From: Saprolegnia diclina VS20
Taxonomy: Eukaryota
Assembly: GCF_000281045.1 (NCBI RefSeq)
Contig: NW_008246097.1
Span: 640,490 to 682,733 of the forward strand
Direction: 5' to 3'
Length of the DNA: 42,244 nt
Shown in pieces: positions 12,056 to 22,822 of this stretch. Under the pieces are notes generated by a model that did no database searches, had not been told where the DNA came from, and saw only the letters and a program-made list of their open reading frames with translations. Numbering within the stretch: position 1 is the first letter of the stretch; each line of letters begins with the position of its first letter. The translations under genes were made by a program, and so were the position numbers.

Positions 12056-12115
12056 TGGCGGCGCGTATCCGGACAGCCAAGAGCGCTATCTTTTGCCACC
12101 AACCAAGGACGCAGC

Positions 12116-14837
12116 ATGGCCAAGAAGGACAAGAAGGCGACGGCCGCCAAGAAGGACGAGAAGAAGGCCCGGCAGGAGCTCAAGCAGCAGAAGATCAACA
12201 AGAAGAAGGCAACGAAGGAGGCCAAAGATGCGGGCGAGGAAGACATTGAGGCCATTCTGAACGAGTTTATGAAGAAGGACGCGGCCAAGGTGGCCATCAC
12301 GATCGTGCCCACGACGCAGCCGTCGCCGCGCGCCAACTTTTCGCTGAGCTCGATGCCCAACAACGATCTCCTGCTCTTTGGCGGCGAGTACTTTGACGGC
12401 GAGTGCAACGAATGCTTCAACGAGCTCTACCGCTGGAACCTCGAGACAAACGAGTGGAAGCTCATCTCGTCGCCCAACACGCCGCCGCCGCGCTGCAGCC
12501 ACCAGTCGGTCGTGTACCGCGACCATCTCTACATCTTTGGCGGTGAGTTTGCGACCGCCGACCAGTTTTACCATCACCGCGTACGTCCATGCCCTCTCGA
12601 CCTCGCTCAGCACTGCGCATTAGGATCTCTGGCGCCTCGACCTCAAGACAAACGCGTGGGAGTGCATCGAGAGCAAGGGCGGCCCGTCGCCGCGCAGCGG
12701 CCACCGCATGATTGTCTGGCGCAACTACCTCGTAGTCTTTGGCGGGTTTTACGAAGCCGCGCGAGAAACCAAGTTCGTCCATGCTCCACGTCTCCACCTC
12801 CACACGTGACGCATTAGGTGGTTCAACGACCTCTTCCTCTTCAACTTTGCCGATCTCAAGTGGAAGAAGATTACGTTTCCCGTGCACAAGACGACGCCGG
12901 GGCCGCGCAGTGGCTGCCAGGTCCGTCCTCCCCGCTTCCACAACCGGCCTTTCTACAAGAAATGACTTAGCTGGCAGTCTTGCCATCGAAGGACACGATC
13001 TTCATGTACGGTGGGTACGCCAAGATCAAGAACGTGGGCGAGAAGTCCGAGGGCAAGGTGTACACGGACATGTGGGCGCTCAACATGGCGCCGGTCATCA
13101 AGAACCAAGACCCGACGTGGGAGAAGGTAGCCTTACATTCTACCTGCGTTGCCTCTGGACAGAGGTATCTCTGAGTAGCTTTCGCGCAAGGGCCATGCGC
13201 CGAGTCCGCGCAGCGGTGCGACCATGACAGTCTATAAGAACCGCGCGATTCTCTTTGGCGGTGTCTTTGACGAAGAGGGCCGCCGCCACGAGCTCAAGAG
13301 CGTCTTCTACAACGAGATGTTTGCGTATGACATGGAGCGGAAGCGCTGGTTCGAATATAAGCTCCGCAATAAGAAGGATGGCAACAAGCAGCGCCGCCGG
13401 AAGAAGACCAAGTCGTCGACACCGGGTGCCGACGACGACGACGACGATGATGACGAGGATGACGACGGGTCGCAAAGCGGCAGTGATGACGACCGTGCGG
13501 CCGAAGACGATGTACGACGCACATGTGCTTTGAAATGACGGACGTGATGACGGGATAGGAGCAATATCAGAAGCGTCAGAACCAATTTGGGTACGTCGGT
13601 GAAGACGGCACCATCGTGTACCTCGAAGACGACGACGAAGAAGAGTCGAAAGAAGATAACGGCGCCCAGGAGCTCCCGTCGTCCGCGCCACCTGCCCGAG
13701 TGACCGAGAACGACAAAGACGAAGAAGAATCCAAGGAAGAGGAACACAACGATGATACGTCCGACTTGCTTCCGGACGTCTTGCCAGTCGTCGCGCCGGT
13801 CGTCGATGACGGCCCGCCTGCCCGTGTGCCACTGCCGCGTATCAACCCCGCGCTCATTGTGCGTGGCAACACCATCTTCGTGTACGGCGGTGTCCTCGAG
13901 GTACAATGCCGCTGTGGATGCCCCATGCACCTCACGGGATGCCATTAGGATGGCGATCGCGAGATCACGCTCGACGACTGCTGGTTCACTGCTGCATACA
14001 TCGAGTCGCGCTCAACGTCTGTCGTAGGTCCATGGATCTCAAGCGCATGGACGAGTGGGTCGAAATTCTGCCGGGCACGATGGCACAACAGCTCTGGAAG
14101 GGCGTTGTGAGTGACACGGAGGACGACGATGACGACGACGACGACGATGAAGAAGAAGACGACGACGACTTTCAAGAGTACGTCGAGCCACTCGAGGACG
14201 CGGACGATGAAGCCAAGGCGCCGGTATGTCGAATCGCAACGACATCATATGACATGCACCAGGCGCCGAGCGAGGCGGCGATGGCCGTTGCGCGTGCCGT
14301 GGACGTCCTTGACGGCACCGACGAGCCGGTCAAGTCCAAGAAGAAGAAGACCGACCGGTGCGAGAACGCGGCGCGATCGGGAACTGAGTCGTTTTGGTGT
14401 AGGAAAGCGCTTCGAAAGGAGATTGAGGAGCTTCAGGACCAACTGCAGCTCGCGGACGAGCTGCAGACGCCGCAGCCCGGCGAGACATTGCGCGATTTCT
14501 TTGCGCGTACAGCCAACCACTGGGCGCGTCAGGTACAACCGCGTTGCTTGCATTTGGTTGTCGGGATGCATTGTAGGTGGCGAATTTGCCCGAGACGACC
14601 GAGCGCCAGCTGAGCGTCAAGGACATCAAGCGCGAGGGCTTTGCGATGGCCGAAGTCCGCTACAACGAGCTGCTACCGAGTACGACGACGCTGCCATCCT
14701 CGAGTCCAGCATCTCATGCTGTTTGCGTAGTTTTGGAGCGCTTGAACGAGCTCGAAGCCGCCCAAAAGGCTGCCGAAGAGGCCCATCAGTCCAAGAAGGC
14801 GGCGAAGAAGGGCGGTCGCGAAAAGGACCGGCGTTAA
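12116..14837 (+). CDS. KLHDC4: Kelch domain-containing protein 4 (Kel3-like) with C-terminal DUF4110-type domain; about 11 introns
   Basis: Lys-rich N-terminus, EEDIEAIL, PSPRANFS, LFGGEYFDG, PPPRCSHQ, GPSPRSGHRM, FGGFYE, acidic tracts and TPQPGETLRDFFARTANHW. Confidence 0.92.
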
Positions 14838-14870
14838 ACCGAACAGTCTTGGGGTTTGTGCTCGTCTTAT

Positions 14871-15891
14871 TCACTGCTGGTTGAAGAGGCGCCCAAAGAG
14901 CCCCATGGACTTTTCCGGAGTCAAAAACTTTAACTCGCGCTCTTCGCCGAGGAAGCGCGCGACCGTGTCTTCGAACGCGACCGCGGCCTTGTCGGTCTTG
15001 CTCGCGATCACGGGCTGGCCCATGTTGGACGAGTTGAGGACCTGCGCCGACTCGGGGATGACGCCGACGACCGGCAGCGCCAGCATCTCTTGAATGTCCT
15101 AGAAGCCCATGAGAAGAGGCTGCATGTACGAAGGACGATCTACCTCGACCGAGAGACATTCTTCGTTCGAGACGCGCTTGGCGTCGTAGCGGTTGATGAG
15201 GAGGTACTGGTTGACTTTGGCCCGGCCTTCCTGCGCGCGGAGCGACTTGCTCGCAATGAAACCAATCATCTTGTCCGAGTCACGACACGACGAGATTTCG
15301 GGGTTGGTCACGATGATGGCTTCGTCCGCGAAAAACATGGCGTGGCGTGCGCCCGACTCGATGCCGGCCGGCGAGTCGCAAATGATGTAGTCGAACTCGT
15401 GCTTGAGCTCTTCGAGCACCTACGCCTATGTTACGCATGTGTAGCGAGCAGCCAGGACGCTCTACCTTGGCGACGCCGTCTTCCGTGAGCGCGTCTTTAT
15501 CGCGCGTCTGGCTCGCCGCCAACAGCGACAGCTTCTCGAGGCGCTTGTCCTTGATGAGCGCTTGGCTGAGGCGGCAGTTGCCGTCAATGACGTGGATAAA
15601 GTCAAAGATCACGCGGCGCTCGCAGCCCAAGTGAATGTCGAGGTTGCGCAAGCCAATGTCAAAGTCAATGAGGCACGTGCGGTAGCCCTTCTGCGCCAGG
15701 CCATAGCCGATGCTCGCCGAACACGTCGTCTTGCCGACACCGCCTTTCCCGGAGGTCACGACGACAACCTTGCCCTGGGGCGAGCCGCCAGCAGTGGCAT
15801 CCTGGTTGCCAAGGCCGGCGACCGCCGTGTAGCGCGCCACCGTCCGCGGCGCGAGCGTCTTGGCCGGATGGAGAGCGCGGAGGAGCAGCAT
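14871..15891 (-). CDS. minD: Septum site-determining ATPase MinD, nuclear-encoded, 2 introns, N-terminal mitochondrial-type presequence
   Basis: VVVVTSGKGGVGKTT (deviant Walker A), DFDIGLRNLD, LLAASQTRDKDALT, DSPAGIESG, TNPEISSCRDSD, VVGVIPES and the C-terminal amphipathic GLFGRLF. The leader MLLLRALHPAKTLAPRTVARY is Arg-rich and lacks acidic residues. Confidence 0.95.
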
Positions 15892-16713
15892 GAGGAACTC
15901 TGTGGTAAAATTGTGGTGCACTTTCTGCAGAACTGAAAACCTCTCTAATCACATACTCCACAACATGCGTTTAAACAGGTTTTGCCCGTTTCAAGCGGCA
16001 TTGACGTTCTGTTGTCGGCAAGCTCCCCTTGGAGCTTCACGCTCTGGAGAGCGTTGCTGCCCCAACCGTCTGCGATGACGCCTGGCGAAATTAGGCGGCT
16101 CCAAGGATATATAGCGCGCACGACTGCTATTTGAGGCGTCCAAGGTCGCGAACCCCAAGCGCATTGCGCACCTACGAGCGCAGAGAGGAGGTATCGCGGC
16201 GGTTGCATACTATCGAGATGTACCAACTGCTATATCACGCCGATCTTGGAGCACTCTCGACGGGCCTTGGAATAAAGGGTGCGGAGTCCCTTGGCGTGAA
16301 AACGGCTTGAAACCGAGGAAACCCCAAGTGTCGTCCGCGGCGTCCTGATTGTACCGCGAAATTCGGGCAGGCGTCCTGATTTCAAAGCAACTTGATATTT
16401 GTATGCTGCGATCGAAGCTGTGAAACGCCCCGATCTTTGGGCGAAGCTTGGTATTTGTATGGTGACGGCTTGGCGCGCGGTGATTGGTGCGGAATGTTTC
16501 GTAGAAAGATTAGGAGCCAATCAAACGCGAGGGCTGGACCCGACGCTTCGATCTTGGAGAGGTTCCAGCGCTGGTCGGCTATGACCCACTCTCACATTTT
16601 CTTCTTCCGCCACGGCAGAAGAGAACCAGCGCATTAGAGTCTTCTCCTCCGCTCCCGGCTACAGGTACGCAGGCTCATGGCGGTGGCAGCAGCTCATGGC
16701 CGCGTAGACTAAG

Positions 16714-17941
16714 ATGATGCGCGCGGCCACGATTGCCCTGCTTGCGTTCGCTGCGATTGTTCGCGCCGAAGACCTCAACCAGGAATACAGCGCGCCTGCC
16801 CCGCAGGGCTACGGCGCGCCGGCTCCCAAGGGCTACGCGGCGCCTGCTCCGCAAGGCTACGGCGCGCCTGCTCCCCANNNNNNNNNNNNNNNNNNNNNNN
16901 NNNNNNNNNNNNNNNNNNNNNNNNNNNNNNNNNNNNNNNNNNNNNNNNNNNNNNNNNNNNNNNNNNNNNNNNNNNNNNNNNNNNNNNNNNNNNNNNNNNN
17001 NNNNNNNNNNNNNNNNNNNNNNNNNNNNNNNNNNNNNNNNNNNNNNNNNNNNNNNNNNNNNNNNNNNNNNNNNNNNNNNNNNNNNNNNNNNNNNNNNNNN
17101 NNNNNNNNNNNNNNNNNNNNNNNNNNNNNNNNNNNNNNNNNNNNNNNNNNNNNNNNNNNNNNNNNNNNNNNNNNNNNNNNNNNNNNNNNNNNNNNNNNNN
17201 NNNNNNNNNNNNNNNNNNNNNNNNNNNNNNNNNNNNNNNNNNNNNNNNNNNNNNNNNNNNNNNNNNNNNNNNNNNNNNNNNNACGGCGACGGCTACTACA
17301 AGAAGACGCCTGCCCCGGAGCCCACGTCGGAGCCGACGCCCAAGCCGACCCCCAAGCCGACGCCGTACCCGACGACGTACGTCCCGCCGCTCACGCCGCC
17401 GCCGCCGTTCATTCCCCCGACGGAGACGAAGTACGGCCCCGCGCCCGCACCGGCGTGTGCGTCGACGTGGAAGCCCAACTCGGCCAAGTACATGGCGTAC
17501 GTGTGCAGCTCGCTCTATGCGAGTGCGACCAAGTGGGCGTCGAACAACTGCAAGGCGTACTACACGGTGACGCAAGACTACGACGACAAGAGCTTGTACC
17601 AGGCGCAGCTCTGCACGTACTGGAGCCAGCGCAGTGTCTTCCGCGTCGTCACCTCGTGCTTCATCGAGGCGCATCTCCGCAACGAGTTCGTCCAAAAGTA
17701 CGGCAAGGCCGGCCCGGGCCAGTGGTTCTGCAAGTACACCGACTTTGTCAACCAGGTCAAGGAGTGCTACAGCTCGTCGCTCGACTGCTACCCGCTCGGC
17801 AAGTCGCTCAACTCGCTCGAGGCGCAAGTCGCGGCGCTCAACCCGCCGTCGACGTCCATGCCGCCGTTCCAGTTCACGGGCGCGTCCATTGCCATGTGTG
17901 CGTACTACAACAAGGACCAAGTGTACACGACGGCCCAATAA
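16714..17941 (+). CDS. Secreted protein: signal peptide, tandem GYGAPAP(Q/K) repeats interrupted by an assembly gap, Pro/Thr linker, Cys/Tyr-rich C-terminal domain
   Basis: Signal peptide MMRAATIALLAFAAIVRA; 24-nt repeats at about 16787-16877. After the gap, the frame reading GDGYYKKTPAPEPTSEPTPKP... runs to TAA at 17941. The frames on either side of the gap differ, so the gap length is only an estimate. A probable 5'UTR intron lies at 16665-16707 (gtacgc..cgtag). Confidence 0.8.
16878..17282. other. Assembly gap (405 N) at a coding tandem repeat
   Basis: The N run begins within the GYGAPAP repeat array. Confidence 0.99.
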
Positions 17942-18107
17942 GCTTGATACGATACCATCATCAACACAAGGCGCACAGACAGCAGCAAACGAGTTGTGGC
18001 CTGTGGTGGGTCGTCAAGTATTTAACAAATGTTGATGTTTACCTAGTGCATAAAACCAATTTCAATGTATCAACTCTGAATAGACAGATCCATTAGGAGA
18101 GCAACTT

Positions 18108-19591
18108 CTAGAGCTCTTTGGCATTCGTCGGCAGCGCAAGCGCGCCTTGGAGAATGCTGTCAATGTCCTCCTTCTCAAAGAGGCTCGACGACCGCAGCGC
18201 GCAGTCTTCGAGGCGGTCCGTCGCGCGGTCCACGATGCTCGTGAGGAGCGTGTCGTCAAAGCCGAGCTGGTGGGCGTCCGGGATGTTGAAGAGCAAGCCC
18301 ACTTGCGCAAACCAGAGCGAGAGCGTCGCCGTCTCGTAGCCCGTGACGATGCTGAGCACGTTGTGGACAGCTTCGAGGCGCGCTTTCTATCCGGATACTC
18401 TGCAATCAGTTCTGAGGGTAGAAGAAATGGGCCGTACCAGAGCGTCAAAGTGGTGGTCGCCCGCGTTCTCTTCGAGAATCGACTCGTAGCGCTGGAAGAC
18501 GAGAGGAAGGAACGCGGCGCAGACCTGGAGGTGTGGTGTGTCCGAGAGACCGCCGACGCCGATGCCGACCGAGTGCGCCGCGCCAAAGCCCGTCGCGCTG
18601 CTCGCGAGGCTGCTGTAAAAGCTCGCCAAGCTCAGGCGCTCGCGGAATGCCAGGTCGTTGAGGTGCAGCTTGCCATCTACAGTTGGTGGACATTAGTACC
18701 GCAGCCATGTACCGATTGTGCGAGGTAGAGATGGCGTAGTCGTACCCTTGAGCGGCGGCGCGAGCGCCTCGGCGGCCGTCCGGATACCATTCAAGCAGAT
18801 CTCGTCGACCTTGGCGTCGTCGACGTTCATCAAGAACGACTCGATGCACTGCCCGAGCGCCGTGAGCGCGCCCTGCGCGGTCAAGCCCATGGGCACCGAC
18901 ACGGTCAGAATCGGGTCAATGATCACGGCCTACGTCATATCGCTTGACCTTCACTGTCGTCCTGGAGGATGGTGCGTACCTCGGCGACGATCGGCGACTT
19001 TGTGAACGTGAGCTTGGCTTCAGCGCCTTCGTCCAGCACCAACGCTTCGTTGGAGACTTCGCTGCCGCAGCCGGCGACCGTCGGCATGATGATGAGCGGC
19101 GCCGCGCGATGGGGCAGAGGCAGAGGGCCTTGCGCGAGGTCTTCGGCGTTGCCTTCGTTCGCCATGAGCGCGGCAATCGCACGCGACGTGTCCATGACAT
19201 TGCCACCGCCAAACGCCACGACGCCGTTGGCGCCGACGCGGCGGGCGTGGTCGCGCCCTTGGTTGATCGAGTCGATCGTGGCGCAGTCGCGCTGCAACGT
19301 GAACATGAAAACAGGGATGTTGGCCTTCTGGAGAAGAAACTGAGCGTACTGGGCGCGCTTCTCCGAGCCAGCGTCGCGGTCGCGCACGAGGAGCACCTTA
19401 GACATGACCTTGGGTGCGAGCACGGTGAGCTGCTCGGCGGCCTTGCGCCCAAAGATCACGCGGGGCTTCTGCGACGGGTGCAGCGACATGGGAGGCGCAT
19501 CAAAGGCGAAGCGCGCAGCATCGGCTGCCGACGTGGAGAAGGCGGCGCGAAGCGGCCGCGGTCGCTGGAGGAGCCTCGTCAAGCGGCTCAT
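18108..19591 (-). CDS. Iron-containing alcohol dehydrogenase-family protein, mitochondrial-type presequence, 3 introns, altered metal site
   Basis: RVIFGR, VVAFGGGNVMDTSRAIA, IIMPTVAGCGSEVS, IIDPILT, GALTALGQCIESF, GFGAAHSVG, TPH; leader MSRLTRLLQRPRPLRAAFSTS. Confidence 0.88.
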
Positions 19592-19915
19592 GCTCGGCGT
19601 GTGCAAGGAATTCGAGTGAATTGCATCCACCTCTTCTTCTCGATGTGCAACCCAATAGTATTCATTTTCAAAGGCTTTTGAGAAATGTGCCTGCGAAAAC
19701 CAATGCGTATCTTTGGATTCAGATTCACAATCAAATCGTCGTGGCCGTGGCAAGCCACGTAGCTTCGAGTCGCGTACTACTATACTAGACTAATGTACTA
19801 GAAGCAAAGACTATGCAAACATGGCTAACACTATACAGCTGGAATGTGTGCACAACTTGTCGTTGGCCAGCTAACCCCAAACGCAACGCAACAAACAAAA
19901 CTACAAGACTTTAAA

Positions 19916-21235
19916 TCACGGGTCGAGGTTCTCGCGCTTGAGCATCTCCTTGCCAATGACGATGCGCTGAATCTGGGACGGCCCACCGTAGATCTGGTAG
20001 ATCTTGGCATCGCGCATGAGCTTCTCGACTGGGTACTCGGTGTTGAAGCCCGCGCCACCAAAGATCTGAACGGCGTCCGAGGTAACTTGCGCCGCCATGT
20101 CCGCCGCAAAGCGCTTCGCCATCGACGCATACATGGTGTTCTTCCGTCCGCAGTCGATCTCGTACGCCGCCTTGTACGTAAGCAGACGCGCAGCTTCAAT
20201 GTTGGTCGCCATATCGGCGAGCATGTTGGTGATGCTCTGGTGGTGCGCAATCGGTTGGCCCATCGTCTTGCGCTCGAGCGCGTACTTCTTGGCTTCGTCC
20301 ATCGCCCGTCGCGCGACGCCCACCGCACCGCTCGAGACACCCGGGCGCGTCCGGTCGAACGCCTGCATGGCGATCTTGAAGCCGTAGCCGACAGAGCCCA
20401 AGATGTTTTCTTCCGGCACGACCACGTCCTCGAACGTCAAGCCGCGCGTGTCGGAGCAGCGCTGGCCCATATTCACCTCCTTCCGCCCGACGGTGATGCC
20501 CGGTGTGTTGGCGTCGACGATGAAGCCCGTAAAGGCCGACCCGGCGCTCGCGCCCGGGTCCGTCTTGGCCATGACAAACATCCAGTCGGCGCCACCGCCG
20601 TTGGTGATCCATGACTTGGCGCCGTTGAGGACCCAGCTGTTGCCCTTCTTGACCGCCGTCATTTTGGCCGCCGCGACGTCCGAGCCTGCGCCAGCTTCGG
20701 TGACGCAATACGCGGCCCGGCGTGGCGCCTCCAGTAGCCGACCGCAGTACTTGGCGCACTGCTCGTCCGTGCCCGCGATGAGCACGGTCGAAAGCGCGAG
20801 GTGGTTGATCTCGATGGCCGTCATCATGCCCGTGCAGCCGTACGCGAGCTCCTCGCTAATGAGGACGCCATCGAGCGTCGACAAGCCGAGGCCGCCGTAC
20901 TTTTGCGGAATGATACCGTAGCAAAGCCCGAGCTCCCAGACCTTGTCAAAGATCGCGTGCGGATACTCCATTGTCTGGTCGTGGTACTTTTCGACCGGCA
21001 TCATCTCGTCATGGGCAAACTTGCGCGCGAGGAGCTGGAACTCGCGCTGTGTGTCGGTGAGCTTGAAGCTGAGGCCGTTCGATGTCGACTCGTCGATGCC
21101 AGCGTTGGCCGCAAAACCCACGGGCTCGGAACTCATGGAGAAGTGGACGTTGTCGGCGCGGTCGACCATGGCGGCCGCAACCGACTTGGCGCGGGCGCCG
21201 AGCGGGCGAAGGAAGCGCGTCGGCGTCGAGAGCAT
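19916..21235 (-). CDS. Medium-chain acyl-CoA dehydrogenase paralog A, intronless, catalytic Glu absent
   Basis: Full MCAD fold motifs ([33 protein letters not shown]), but [13 protein letters not shown] replaces [13 protein letters not shown]. Confidence 0.93.
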   Translation of the reverse strand: MLSTPTRFLRPLGARAKSVAAAMVDRADNVHFSMSSEPVGFAANAGIDESTSNGLSFKLTDTQREFQLLARKFAHDEMMPVEKYHDQTMEYPHAIFDKVWELGLCYGIIPQKYGGLGLSTLDGVLISEELAYGCTGMMTAIEINHLALSTVLIAGTDEQCAKYCGRLLEAPRRAAYCVTEAGAGSDVAAAKMTAVKKGNSWVLNGAKSWITNGGGADWMFVMAKTDPGASAGSAFTGFIVDANTPGITVGRKEVNMGQRCSDTRGLTFEDVVVPEENILGSVGYGFKIAMQAFDRTRPGVSSGAVGVARRAMDEAKKYALERKTMGQPIAHHQSITNMLADMATNIEAARLLTYKAAYEIDCGRKNTMYASMAKRFAADMAAQVTSDAVQIFGGAGFNTEYPVEKLMRDAKIYQIYGGPSQIQRIVIGKEMLKRENLDP

Positions 21236-21241
21236 TTTGGT

Positions 21242-21258
21242 GCAAATGCGAGAATGGA
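21242..21258 (-). promoter_or_regulatory. Oomycete-type Inr+FPR core promoter of ACAD paralog A
   Basis: The minus strand reads TCCATTCTCGCATTTGC, fitting CATTYBNNNWTTY, and ends 6 nt before the ATG; a CCAAT box lies at 21326. Confidence 0.7.
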
Positions 21259-22822
21259 CCGAGCGGGCGAGCCCGTTGACGGGGCACGTGGAGCACGTGC
21301 CAGCGCTGTGCGTGTCACGATTCGACCAATCAGCGCGCGCGTAGGCACCGCGAGATCAGGCGGCTGTCCGGATGTGGACCGGAGGAGACGTCGGGGGCCG
21401 TCAGCGACTTGACCGCGCGATTGCGAGCGTTGGTCCGTGGCGGACTAAGTATCGACTTGATAGTCGACTACGTTGCGTGGTGACGCTCGTCACGTACGCG
21501 CTGCCATGCGCAATTAGTTGGTCGCTAGTCGTTGCGTGGACAACTCCTCATACCAGACGACGTGTAACAGGTGCCAAGATGGGTGCGAAGGGCCACACTC
21601 GCTCAAGCGTCGTCAGCGGCGGACGCCAACGTCTATGACCAGACCAAAGCAAGTCTTCGGCGAACGCATTGCATCAAATGGTGGCACGACCCGCCGCTGT
21701 GCTGCACCGGAACGATACCATAGCTCTAAGAGCTTAGCCCACGCGTCGATATCCTGCTTGTTTATCGTCGATGGCCAAGATGCCAAGACACTTGCACGAA
21801 TGCTTTTCTTTGGGAGTTGAAGTTGGTCGACCGGTCTGCCATGTGCTTGAAGCTCGCCGTGTCACGTGCCGAGCGATCGTGCCACGCGTGCATTCCGCGT
21901 CGCCGGTTGGCCCGCGGAAACGCCAGGAAACCGACAAGTTGTACACATTTACTGTGTATAGGGCCCATCCACTAGTACGTAGAGTGCTGGGGCACGGTCC
22001 ACCACCGCTCCATGTGCACCAGATTGGAGGTCAAGAGGATCTATTCCTATCAAGTGCTCCACTACTAGAGCCATTAGTCAAACGTCGCGTCATCTTCGTT
22101 AATGAGAGAATCGAGCTATGTGAGTGCTATGCATAGTCGCTTTAACCTCCTTTCTCTGTTGCAACAAGCGCTCGACAGAAGCTGCTATTCATTTCAATTG
22201 CGAGGTTGCCTCAACTTCCAAGTCAAAAGCTTGAGGTCTATCGCATCGTCCCTCAAACGCTCGACGTTGCTACAAGCGCTCGACGCGAGCTGCTATTCGT
22301 TTAAGAGGTTGGGCCAGCATCCATGGCAAATCTGTGGTCGACGTGATGCGACAACTGAGTAAAAATGGTCCTGTTCACGATCTTGTCGATCGGCGACGAA
22401 CAAGAACATGTGTGGCACGGTGAGAGCACTGGGAGGGAGCTCTTGGCGAGAGACTGGAGCGATATGGCTCCACGGACCGCACACGCGGAGGCACCAAGGA
22501 ACCATGAGATACTACCAAGCTTTTATGTGCAACAAAAGTGCTATACTGCGCATGCCTACTGCTTCCTTCCCAGGAACCTCGTACGGGTTGCTCTTGGCGG
22601 TATCAGGAGTCGTCGGCGCTCAGTTCTTTAGTGATTTTGTTGAGCTCTATCGTATGTCTCGTACGTGTCGATGGCCAGCTTGGACGACGCCGGCGTCGCG
22701 AATATTTGCAGCTGCTACTAGTGGCGCGCCACCGTGTCGCCACCAACGTCGACACCACCGCGTCATGCAGCTACATTCCAAGATGCTAGTCTCGTCACAG
22801 GTACAGACTACTTTATATTTCT

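Noticed and set aside
13430..14170. (GAC/GAT)n microsatellite-like tracts
   Set aside because: They encode the acidic stretches typical of KLHDC4.
14871..15891. Bacterial contamination or recent HGT as the source of minD
   Set aside because: The gene has two spliceosomal introns and a presequence, and it lies 33 bp from a eukaryotic gene.
16878..17282. Frameshift or pseudogene in the repeat protein
   Set aside because: The frame change falls across an N gap of estimated length.
22158..22302. CRISPR-like repeat-spacer-repeat
   Set aside because: Only two imperfect copies, a 71-nt spacer, eukaryotic context and no cas genes.
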